Shown in pieces: positions 10,333 through 18,835 of a DNA stretch of 64,000 nt (position 1 is the first letter of the stretch; the number at the start of each line of letters is the position of its first letter). The position numbers and the translations under genes are program-made. The DNA lies in assembly GCA_965222575.1 (NCBI GenBank), contig OZ244958.1, positions 608,001 through 672,000 on the forward strand, given 5' to 3'. This DNA is from Alphaproteobacteria bacterium. GTDB taxonomy: Bacteria > Pseudomonadota > Alphaproteobacteria > G965222575. The notes under the pieces are model-generated. The model saw only the letters and a program-made list of their open reading frames with translations, was not told the DNA's origin and did not search any database.

Positions 10333-11435
10333 TTACTTGCCCCTCTCTTTGGAGACAGGAGGTGTGGTCTCATGAGTAGTGGGGGTTTTTGCTTTTTTAG
10401 AAGAAGAAGCAGAGGCTTCTGCTTTAGAAGTTGAAGGTGTCCTGTCCTCTGTTTTTGCTTTAGGAGTTGGGGGTGTTGTGTCCTTTGCTTTAGGAGTTGG
10501 GGGTGTTGTGTCCTTTGCTTTAGGAGTTGGGGGTGTTGTGTCCTTTGCTTTAAGAGTTGGGGGTGTTGTGTCCTTTGCTTTAGGAGTTGGGGGTGTTGTG
10601 TCCTTTGCTTTAGGAGTTGGGGGTGTTGTGTCCTTTGCTTTAGGAGTTGGGGGTGTTGTGTCCTTTGCTTTAGGAGTTGGGGGTGTTGTGTCCTTTGCTT
10701 TGGAGTTGGGGGTGTTGTGTCCTTTGCTTTAAGAGTTGGGGGTGTTGTGTCCTTTGCTTTAAGAGTTGGGGGTGTTGTGTCCTTTGCTTTAAGAGTTGGG
10801 GGTGTTGTGTCCTTTGCTTTAGGAGTTGGGGGTGTTGTGTCCTTTGCTTTAGGAGTTGGGGGTGTTGTGTCCTTTGCTTTAGGAGTTGGGGGTGTTGTGT
10901 CCTTTGCTTTAGGAGTTGGGGGTGTTGTGTCCTTTGCTTTAGGAGTTGGGGGTGTTGTGTCCTTTGCTTTAGGAGTTGGGGGTGTTGTGTCCTTTGCTTT
11001 AGGAGTTGGGGGTGTTGTGTCCTTTGCTTTAGGAGTTGGGGGCGTGGGTTTCTTTGTTTTAGAAGGTGTGATTTCCTTCTTTATTTTCTCTTGAGTTTTG
11101 CGTTTTTCTTCCTTTTCCTTAAGACGTTCTTGAGCTTTTGCTTTTGGCTTGGCTTTTTGAGGATTGTGGTGTGTTTCAAAAGAGGCAATCAGTCCGGCGC
11201 TGTACAATAATCGGGCGACGCGGTGGGTAGGTTTTGCTCCTTCTCCGAGCCAATACATTGTGGCTTCTTTATCGAGGTGCACATACTGTTCGGAGTCTTT
11301 GTTCACCAGAGGGTTATGAGTTCCTACTTTGGCTACGAAGCGTCCGTCTCTAGGGGCTTGTCGTTCAGCGACGACAATTCTGTAAAAAGGCTTATTTTTA
11401 GCCCCTCTTCTTGTTAATCGTATTCTGAGTGCCAT
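10333..11435 (-). CDS. rpsP: 30S ribosomal protein S16 with long PTPKAKDTTP-repeat tail; a 1-nt deletion near 10702 shifts the frame into trmD
   Basis: N-terminus MALRIRLTRRGAKNKPFYRIVVA..RDGRF. Restoring the missing base gives ...ETTPPVSKERGK* with the stop at 10333-10335. Confidence 0.9.
10451..11040. repeat. Coding tandem repeat, 30-bp unit TCCTTTGCTTTAGGAGTTGGGGGTGTTGTG, about 20 copies
   Basis: Directly visible. Four units carry TAAG instead of TAGG, and one unit (10691-10719) is 29 bp. Confidence 0.98.
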
Positions 11436-11518
11436 AGGTATTGAAGATATCTTTGAAGGGTTTTCCGAGGATTTCCCTGTTGGATTCTCTGGTTTGCCCC
11501 TGCCCTCAAAGAGAGCTT

Positions 11519-11558
11519 GTCACAACCACAGGTCACAACCGCAGGTCACAACCGCAGG
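11519..11558. repeat. 3 x 13-bp direct repeat GTCACAACCRCAG upstream of rpsP
   Basis: Directly visible. Confidence 0.85.
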
Positions 11559-11559
11559 C

Positions 11560-11596
11560 AAAAAAGAGGGAGAGAGAGACGGGTTCCCTCTTTTTC
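11560..11596 (-). terminator. Intrinsic terminator downstream of hup
   Basis: AAAAAGAGGG...CCCTCTTTTT inverted repeat flanked by A/T runs. Confidence 0.65.
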
Positions 11597-11621
11597 CTAG
11601 ATTGAGAACTGAGCAAGAGCG

Positions 11622-11903
11622 TTAATTAACAGAATCTTTGAGTTTTTTAGCGGGGCGAAACTTTGGTTGCTTAGAAGCAGGAATCTTCAAAGGTTCTCCT
11701 GTTTTAGGGTTGTGACCAGTGCGTGCGCTACGCTTCACAACTTCAAAAAATCCAAACCCTGCAATACGTACGCTGTTTCCTTTGCCTAATTGAACAGCGA
11801 TGGATTCTAACACGGCATCTACTGCTTGCTTAGCATGCGCCACTGATACACCAAGTTCACTGGCTACTGCATTGACCAGATTGGCTTTATTAATAGCACT
11901 CAT
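11622..11903 (-). CDS. hup: Nucleoid protein HU
   Basis: NKANLV, VRIAGFGFF, RSARTGHNPKTGE and PKFRPAKKLKD. Confidence 0.94.
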   Translation of the reverse strand: MSAINKANLVNAVASELGVSVAHAKQAVDAVLESIAVQLGKGNSVRIAGFGFFEVVKRSARTGHNPKTGEPLKIPASKQPKFRPAKKLKDSVN

Positions 11904-12172
11904 AGTTATCTCCTTAAATTTAGTTTACTGTTGACTTGATTCTTCTATAGAAGATTCTTAATCTGAGTACACCCGCCTGATGCGGTAGTGTGTAACACTT
12001 TACGCATATAACAGGGGTACACAAAATCACTTGTATCATAGGAAACCTTGAAAGACAAGGATTTCTTAAGAAACTTTTCATTTTCTCTTTGTTAGCAATC
12101 AGGAGAGAAAATCTTTGTATCTTCTAGATTTTGTTATGCGTGGGAACACTCGGGACAAAGACAGTAGCTCAG

Positions 12173-12246
12173 TCGGGAAGAGAGGATTTGAACCTCCGGC
12201 CCCCACGTCCCGAACGTGGTACTCTACCCGACTGAGCTACTTCCCG
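12173..12246 (-). tRNA. tRNA-Pro(CGG), CCA not encoded
   Basis: Reverse complement CGGGAAGTAGCTCAG...CCACG-TTCGGGA-CGTGG...GGTTCAAATCC..CTTCCCGA folds as a cloverleaf. Confidence 0.95.
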
Positions 12247-12276
12247 TGTTTCTTAACACTAAGACTTTTTCTCCTT

Positions 12277-13004
12277 TTATACAAGCTCAAGGGCGCTTAA
12301 GAGCATCTGCCGTAAGGCTAGCAAGTCTGTCCTTTCAGAAGGGAGATGTTTTTGAAGAAAGTATCCAGTTAAGTTCCCCCCATTTCTATAGTCTTCCTCA
12401 CTGATAGCTGCCTCCTCTTCACCCCTTAAAAAAGCAGGAATGGGAAGAAGTTTACGAAGGTATTGCTGTCCCACTGCCTCGCATACTATAGCGCCACTGC
12501 GGGGGGATATATGCGTTAAGTTTTCTCTTGTCCCCGTTACAACGCATTTTGATGTATCCAAGCCATAACCTGCTTCTTTCAATAGATGCATTTCCCACTT
12601 GAGATAGAATTTGAGCCAATAAGGTACCTCTTTGTTTTTCTTCAGAATCTCTAACAACAGGACCAGTTGCGTGAAAATGTTGCCGCAAGGGGCTTGTTCA
12701 GGAAAAAAACTCAGCAAAAGACGACAAGCACAACACAGGGCTAAAGATTTCTTGGTGCAATTGAGCAGGGCAATGCCCGGTACCCTCACCTGTTCAAAAG
12801 TCCAATTCCCCAAGTGAGAAGCAAGACGCCCCCGCCAAGTCACATCTGCTATACTACCTTCCATGCAATAGGCTACCGGTACCCGTTTCGATACGCGTAA
12901 TAATCCGCTTGTAATCCCTCTCTTCTTCGTCAAAATCCTTACAATACGGCTGTTTCCCCGTATTTACTTGACGATAACACTACCCCTTCATCTTGCCAAT
13001 CCAT
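12277..13004 (-). CDS. recO: DNA repair protein RecO with a 1-nt frameshift near 12955 (possible sequencing error)
   Basis: The start MDWQDEGVVLSSSKYGE at 13004 is out of frame with the body (WRGRL..HLG, WEMHLL..GYGLD..CVVTG, SPRSG). Adding one A to GGGGAAAC restores YGENSRIVRILT. Confidence 0.88.
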
Positions 13005-13013
13005 CTCTTTTAA

Positions 13014-13910
13014 TTACCGGCCAGTAGGCAGACTCACTGAAAAGGAAAAAACCTCAGGCAATGCCACTACCTCAAGAGTCACAGGAGAAAAAGGCTCAAG
13101 CCACTCATGAGGACTAGGACAGATACCACTGATACTTAACACACTATTTTCAAAGCGTATCTCATCAATGACTGTGCCTTGAGGCGCCTTTTCTAAAACC
13201 TGTCTTAGGAAACTGGTGAGTGGAGTGTGCGGCTTTTGAAAGGCGTGTAGGTCACTCAAAGAAAAACCGAGCCTTTCCGCTATCCGCAATTGATTCTTAA
13301 GAGGCCTATATCGCTCTTCTAAAAGCGCCAACTGTTTCTTCTTAGCCCCTAAAATATAGTGCCTTTGGTGGCTGGAGAGACCTAGGAGACCTGCTGTTAA
13401 CAGCACAATGACGAAACTTGTGATGGCGGTGAAGAAGATAGTCGGGGGAAGCAGGGGAATGAAAGCGGGTTGTAAATCTGCTAAGCGCCCTCTCTTTAAG
13501 CGGTAGTGGAGGGCTTTGAGCAGATGAGTTGAGCTTCTGCTAACGCTAGGGGTAATGCCTTTGATAGAGACCTTGTCAAGACCGAATTCTTTTGTGAGTG
13601 CGGCAAGAGTTTCCTGTTCTAGGGCGTAAAAATATCCTTCTTCTCCTGAGTAGGTATAACAATACATGGCTTCCTCACAGGCGAACAGGTCATGAGCAGC
13701 TTTTAAGGTCTCTGGGGTTTTGGGGATAAAGTTCGCTCTTCTGCGGAGTAGGAGCTTTTGGTCAATGACCAAGAACGCTGTTTTTATAGGCTTTTCCGAC
13801 TGCTTCAAGGGGATTAAGGCGAGCTTGCCATTGAAGTGACGGTGAATTTTCCATGTCATTTTTTTGCCGGGCGAAAGGGCAATGAGGGTAACAGGAAGAA
13901 AATTGAGCAT
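13014..13910 (-). CDS. GspL/PilN-like type II secretion inner-membrane platform protein
   Basis: Single central TM segment followed by a coiled coil and a ferredoxin-like P.GTVIDEIRF..LSISG tail; directly downstream of the secretin. Confidence 0.55.
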   Translation of the reverse strand: MLNFLPVTLIALSPGKKMTWKIHRHFNGKLALIPLKQSEKPIKTAFLVIDQKLLLRRRANFIPKTPETLKAAHDLFACEEAMYCYTYSGEEGYFYALEQETLAALTKEFGLDKVSIKGITPSVSRSSTHLLKALHYRLKRGRLADLQPAFIPLLPPTIFFTAITSFVIVLLTAGLLGLSSHQRHYILGAKKKQLALLEERYRPLKNQLRIAERLGFSLSDLHAFQKPHTPLTSFLRQVLEKAPQGTVIDEIRFENSVLSISGICPSPHEWLEPFSPVTLEVVALPEVFSFSVSLPTGR

Positions 13911-13915
13911 GAAGT

Positions 13916-16042
13916 TTATGGCGTAGCAGGTGGCGGCGGTGGGGGAGTCGTAATAGGCGGAGGAGGAGGAGGAGGCGTAATAGGCAGCAGTGGGGGAGGA
14001 GGAGTCGTCGTCTGTAAGATAGTGGAGCGCTTGAGTGCTTCTGTGAGCATTTGCGCTGCATCAGAATCAAAAATAATATACGCCGTTACAAATAGCAGTA
14101 ACTCTGTTTTTTCCCCTATATTAGAAGTGCTTGAGAAAATTTTATTCAAAAGAGGCAGGTCTCCTAGCAGGGGAATTTTCTTCTTAGCCTTTCGCACGAC
14201 ATACCGCATAAGACCTCCTAGCACAACAGTCTGACCATTGGTAGAAGCCAGTTTTGTTTCCAAAGACCTCTTGTTAAAAGTCGGTTGACCCGTATCCGCC
14301 CCTACTGTGCCATCTCTTGAGTCCTCCACTTTAATATCCATCATAATGGTATCAGTACCTCGAACTTGAGGAGAGATACTTAATTTTAAGCCTATCTCTT
14401 TGGTTTCAAATTCTTGCTTGGGAATGGAGGTGCCGGATTCTTGGACGGAAGTGCTGAGTACGGACTTGATAATCCGTTTTTCATCTATACTGGAAATGGT
14501 AGCTGTTTGACCATTGCTTACGAAGATACGAGGCCGTGAGAGGATTTGCACATTGGTTTCGCTTGCGAGCATTTTAAGAGTCGCGAAGGTTTTATTAGCA
14601 GGGTCTGATTCTGCGTTGTTGAGAATGTTAAACTGGAATCCATCTGATATACCGCCGGAAGGGAAGGCATTGAATCGGAAATCTGCAGACTGATTGCCCT
14701 CATCTTTCCCTCTTAAGAACCACTCTACTCCGAATTGTAGGGCTTCTGATAGTTGTACCTCTACGATGGTGATATCTGCGAATACTGTAGGTTCGCGTTT
14801 ATCTAGGGCCTGAATAGCGCCCCGGATTTTGTAGTATTGACTAGGCGTAGAGAGGATAAAGAGGCTATTATTTAGTTCATCGACCTGTAAGAAGGGGGGA
14901 GAGGGGTCGTTGTCAAAGAATTTATTGATTAACGGGATGAGCAACGTGGAGAGATAAGAGACGCTGCCTTCTTGCATTTTGTACAGGAAGAGTTCAGGGA
15001 CTTCTTCTCCCGGTTGGTCTACTTCATTGAGGAAGTCTATTAAAGCCCCTTTGTAACCAGCTGTAGGGAGCACAATGATTAAGCGTTTATCATTGGGAAT
15101 AATAGCGCTTTCGAAAGGCTTAGCGGCGCCTTTTAAGTTTAGTTTGGTTGGCAAGGTGTCTAGGAGTGCGGACAGCACTTGAGCGGAACGATAGCGCGGG
15201 GTGTACAGCAGCACGGAACGCCCTTGAAAAAGGGAGACATCAATGGAGCGCAGGAAGCTCTCTGCGCGATTAATGGTACTTGTCGTCCCAAAAATTAACA
15301 GCGTGTTGGTGCTGTCAAGGGGATAAGCCATGTCCGGTTGGGTTAAGAGATTTTGTAACAACGGCAACGCCTCTTTGACTTGAAGATACTGAAGGCGAAA
15401 CATGCCAATGACTAAAGAAATCGGGTCTTGAGAAAAGGCGGAGGAATCCGGTAGGGAGGACTCCTTGTGCTCAGGAGATGGTTGAAAAAATTCTGCTCTT
15501 GACCCGATGACATACATCCCATTGTGATACCCAATGTAAATCTGGTGAATCTCTAAGAAGGAGGCAAGAACATAAAAGGCATCCGCCGCTCTATACCACC
15601 CCTTTAGAACCCAGTTGACCTTCTTATCAGGAAAAGTGTTGGTGAGAGTATAGGAGTAAGAAGAGAGATAGGTATCAAAGAAAGCCGTGATAATCTCTTT
15701 GATAGAAGCCTCTTCCACGCGAACATCGACCTCTAGGAGAGGGGCATTGCGCGCAGTATCAGAAGAGAGAGGATTGTTACGGATTTGTTGAGAGGGAGAA
15801 GAGAAAACATTCTTGAGGTTCTCTTCTACGGTGTTGTCTTTTCTGAAGTCTTTCTTCAGTAAGGATTTTGTTGTGGGGTTTTTTTGTTGAGAGGAAAGAA
15901 AATCTGCGGGAAGCTTTAACTTGCCTTGGGCTTCCATTTCCTCGAGACTAGGCAGCTGGTTGCGGTTTTCGGAAGGCCTTTTTAAGCTACAGCCGGAAGC
16001 GGCTAAAGAGGCGATGATGAGGAAAAGACAGGCGTTTTTCAT
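13916..16042 (-). CDS. gspD: Type II secretion secretin GspD, lipoprotein type, with C-terminal polyproline tail
   Basis: Lipobox LAASGC, N-domain repeats (TNTLLIFGT, NNSLFILST), and secretin motifs IVEV..FGVEW, ILSRP, GQTVVLGGL, KIPLLGDLP and TELLLFVT. Confidence 0.9.
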   Translation of the reverse strand: MKNACLFLIIASLAASGCSLKRPSENRNQLPSLEEMEAQGKLKLPADFLSSQQKNPTTKSLLKKDFRKDNTVEENLKNVFSSPSQQIRNNPLSSDTARNAPLLEVDVRVEEASIKEIITAFFDTYLSSYSYTLTNTFPDKKVNWVLKGWYRAADAFYVLASFLEIHQIYIGYHNGMYVIGSRAEFFQPSPEHKESSLPDSSAFSQDPISLVIGMFRLQYLQVKEALPLLQNLLTQPDMAYPLDSTNTLLIFGTTSTINRAESFLRSIDVSLFQGRSVLLYTPRYRSAQVLSALLDTLPTKLNLKGAAKPFESAIIPNDKRLIIVLPTAGYKGALIDFLNEVDQPGEEVPELFLYKMQEGSVSYLSTLLIPLINKFFDNDPSPPFLQVDELNNSLFILSTPSQYYKIRGAIQALDKREPTVFADITIVEVQLSEALQFGVEWFLRGKDEGNQSADFRFNAFPSGGISDGFQFNILNNAESDPANKTFATLKMLASETNVQILSRPRIFVSNGQTATISSIDEKRIIKSVLSTSVQESGTSIPKQEFETKEIGLKLSISPQVRGTDTIMMDIKVEDSRDGTVGADTGQPTFNKRSLETKLASTNGQTVVLGGLMRYVVRKAKKKIPLLGDLPLLNKIFSSTSNIGEKTELLLFVTAYIIFDSDAAQMLTEALKRSTILQTTTPPPPLLPITPPPPPPPITTPPPPPPATP

Positions 16043-16046
16043 GAAC

Positions 16047-16520
16047 TTAGGGGGTTGGCGCAAGAGGCGGCGGCGGATCGGGAGCGGGTTTTTGTAACTT
16101 GCGGAATGAGGGATTGAGCGGAATCTTGTGATGGAGTCCGTTTTTCTTGAGGGCAAGGGGGGGTTTTGAGAGCGTTAAGGTCTCTCCTTTTTTGAGGGTG
16201 CGCACTGTTGGTTTCGAAGCGTTAGGGAAGAGAATATAGTGTTGGCCAATGCGTATAAACCCTTTGATTTTCTCTGCTTCTTGTGCTGGCTCTTTTGACC
16301 AAGAGCGTCCCTTGGGGTCAAACACATTGAACGTCATGACATAAGGCAAGGGGATGGAAGAAGAAGAAGGAGCCCCTTTGAGGACTTCTTGTGACGGAGC
16401 AGCGAGGTGTATGGAAGGCGGCGTATCAGAGACTTGAAAAACAGGCAAAAAGAAAAACGCTGCCAATTGTAAAATGACTAGGAGACACAACCCATACAAA
16501 AATGTGTTGATATGATGCAT
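16047..16520 (-). CDS. Membrane-anchored T2SS-associated protein (GspC/GspN-like position)
   Basis: N-terminal TM segment, NVFDP.GR motif and Pro-rich end; directly upstream of gspD. Confidence 0.4.
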   Translation of the reverse strand: MHHINTFLYGLCLLVILQLAAFFFLPVFQVSDTPPSIHLAAPSQEVLKGAPSSSSIPLPYVMTFNVFDPKGRSWSKEPAQEAEKIKGFIRIGQHYILFPNASKPTVRTLKKGETLTLSKPPLALKKNGLHHKIPLNPSFRKLQKPAPDPPPPLAPTP

Positions 16521-17101
16521 TATCCTTCTATAGCACTGATGATAATACTACGAAACCGCACAATACTGTTCAAAGACTGTTTATTTTTTTGAGGGGAAAT
16601 ATCAAAAGAATGAATACGTAAGCCAAAGGCTTCTGTATCTAGGTAATGCAAGGCTTTCAAAAGGGCTTGTTCAGAAAAACAGGTAAACGAAACCGTGCCG
16701 TCAATGAACGAAGTCGTCTCTGCTTTCCCCTTAGATAAAGAGGTTAAGGATACCACAATATTTTCTATTTGCCCAATCTCTTGTAAACGTTGTTGTAAAA
16801 GAGAGGTTAGAAATTCTTGAGGCTTTTCCTGCCCACTATAGGTCTTAAGAGGCTTGATATACTCCAAGAGAGCCTCCAAAGACTCTGTATAGGTTTCCTC
16901 TATGTTTTGTTCACTTTTAAGCAATCCCCGATACCAGTTTATTGTGTGAGAAGTGCTTTGGAATAAGGGGGTATCCTCTTGACGATACAGCTCTATATGG
17001 GCCACGGCAATCCATAAGATAAGAGCACTAACCGCTACCCCTGTGATAACCACACTGTTAGTGAGTAAATAAGACACTATTGCAGGAAGATTTCTTGTCA
17101 T
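16520..17101 (-). CDS. GspM/PilO-like T2SS membrane protein
   Basis: N-terminal TM segment, helical stalk and LLKALHYLD..LRIHSFDI tail; operon context. Confidence 0.5.
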   Translation of the reverse strand: MTRNLPAIVSYLLTNSVVITGVAVSALILWIAVAHIELYRQEDTPLFQSTSHTINWYRGLLKSEQNIEETYTESLEALLEYIKPLKTYSGQEKPQEFLTSLLQQRLQEIGQIENIVVSLTSLSKGKAETTSFIDGTVSFTCFSEQALLKALHYLDTEAFGLRIHSFDISPQKNKQSLNSIVRFRSIIISAIEG

Positions 17102-17129
17102 CAGCCGTTGAGGGTCCTCGTTTGCGGGT

Positions 17130-17205
<76 letters not shown>

Positions 17206-17232
17206 TTCAAACCCCTTCTCTAAGAGGGATGT

Positions 17233-17262
17233 ATTCTACAGGAGAGTCTCAATTGGAGTCAA
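17233..17262 (-). promoter_or_regulatory. Sigma70 promoter for tRNA-Thr (possibly reading into the T2SS genes)
   Basis: Minus strand TTGACT-N18-TAGAAT. Confidence 0.6.
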
Positions 17263-17467
17263 GCTCAACAGGCAACGCCTTGACACAAGAGAGTCTTAAT
17301 TGAAACTCAAGAGTACCCCCCTCCCAACACAAAAGAGCTTTTGGGGTCAGTATGAGAAGATAGGCAATGCAGACTGTAAAGGAGACGATTCCCCTAGCAA
17401 AGAGGGCTAAGGGGGGGGGAACTCTTCTGAAAAGAGGCGGTAAGAGGCGGGACTTTCCTAGAAGGGG

Positions 17468-17764
17468 TTAGAGGTTGGAAGACGAAATTTTATGGTGAAA
17501 GTTCCAGTATTTTTCTGCTACTGCGATTCCGTTTTCTAAGGCTTTGACAATGGCTTCCTGATTTTGGAAGCTTTCTGGAGGTAGTCCTTTGGCAATGGAG
17601 GCTTTGGCTTCCGTAAGCGAGGTTGTGAGTGTGTCTTTTATGTGTTGTAGGGCAGTGCCGTCTGGGTCTTTAGCTAGGGTTTCTTCAAGGACTAGCATGT
17701 GTAAGGGTTCTTTTTTATCGGTTGCGGCTTGGGGGGAAATTTTTGGAGAAGACGAAGAGAGCAT
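17468..17764 (-). CDS. EscE/YscE/SsaE-like type III secretion needle co-chaperone
   Basis: Small two-helix protein with pattern LEETLAKDPDG..L..AK..GLPPESFQ..IVKALE..V..YW. Confidence 0.6.
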   Translation of the reverse strand: MLSSSSPKISPQAATDKKEPLHMLVLEETLAKDPDGTALQHIKDTLTTSLTEAKASIAKGLPPESFQNQEAIVKALENGIAVAEKYWNFHHKISSSNL

Positions 17765-17808
17765 AGGACATTTTGTGTGTAGAATGAGAAGGTATCAGTG
17801 AAGATACA

Positions 17809-18777
17809 TTAGGATAAGAGGGTTGTTTTTTGATTAACGCGGGATAATTTTTCCAGTAAGGTTTGGATATCCTGTGGGAGAGGGGAGTTGAGGGTTAAGA
17901 GTTGTCCTGTTATGGGGTGTGGGAAGGAGAGGGAGGAGGCGTGGAGGGCTTGTCTTGTGAAGCGGCGTCCGATGGTCATTTGTTCAGAATTATGAGGGAA
18001 GGGGTGGGGAGATTGATAGGTTTGATCTCCTACGAGGCTGTGTCCTAAGGAGGTGAAATGCACGCGTATTTGGTGTGTTTTCCCTGTGTGGAGGAGGCAT
18101 TGTACTTTTGTCATAGTGTTCCATCTTTTCAGAACGGTGTATTCTGTTTGAGCCTTTTGTCCTTTTGGAGTGACACTCATGCGTTGGCGTTTTTTAGGGT
18201 CTCTACCGATGGGGGCGGTAATGATTGCATGGGGGTTTTTGATTCTTCCCCACACAATGGCTTGATAGCATCGTTTTATCTGGCGGCGTTTTAGGGCGTT
18301 ACTGAGGAGGAGGTGAGTCTGTTCTGTTTTGGCTACCATGAGGAGGCCGGAGGTATCTTTGTCCAGTCGATGCACAAGGCCGGGTCTTAGAGGAAGGCCA
18401 ATAGGAGATAGGGAACAGTGATGCAACAAGGCTTGTACGAGGGTGCCTGTTTTGTGACCTGCGCCGGGATGAACGACCATACCGGCAGGCTTGTTGACCA
18501 CAATGAGGGACGAGTCTTCATAGACGATATCTAGGGGAATCTCTTCGGCTATCAGGGTGGTATCTTTTTTTTCTAGGGGGTCTATGGTAAGGACATCTGA
18601 GGCTTTGATTTTATAGGCCCCACGCGTGATAGTGTCTCCATGAATACGCACGCCACCTCCACTCAGATGCGCCTTTAAGGCCGCGCGCGAAACCGGAGAG
18701 AGAATTTCTTTCAGCACATGATCCAGCCGTTTCCCTACATGATAAGGGGTACACTGTATTTCAAGAACAGAGGACAT
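17809..18777 (-). CDS. rluD: 23S rRNA pseudouridine synthase RluD
   Basis: S4 domain RLD, VNKPAGMVVHP, VHRLDKDTSG, TGKTHQIRVH and RQALHA. Confidence 0.93.
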   Translation of the reverse strand: MSSVLEIQCTPYHVGKRLDHVLKEILSPVSRAALKAHLSGGGVRIHGDTITRGAYKIKASDVLTIDPLEKKDTTLIAEEIPLDIVYEDSSLIVVNKPAGMVVHPGAGHKTGTLVQALLHHCSLSPIGLPLRPGLVHRLDKDTSGLLMVAKTEQTHLLLSNALKRRQIKRCYQAIVWGRIKNPHAIITAPIGRDPKKRQRMSVTPKGQKAQTEYTVLKRWNTMTKVQCLLHTGKTHQIRVHFTSLGHSLVGDQTYQSPHPFPHNSEQMTIGRRFTRQALHASSLSFPHPITGQLLTLNSPLPQDIQTLLEKLSRVNQKTTLLS

Positions 18778-18835
18778 GACTTCTTTAAGAGTTTTCTAGT
18801 AGTTTTTTCCCTATGGCTTCTTCATAATAGCAGAT

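Noticed and set aside
10451-11040. CRISPR array
   Set aside because: Units are contiguous with no unique spacers, have a codon-multiple period and lie inside rpsP.
10379-11210. Plus-strand ORFs with GVGGVVSFAL or CCVLCFRSWG repeats
   Set aside because: These are antisense shadows of the S16 repeat.
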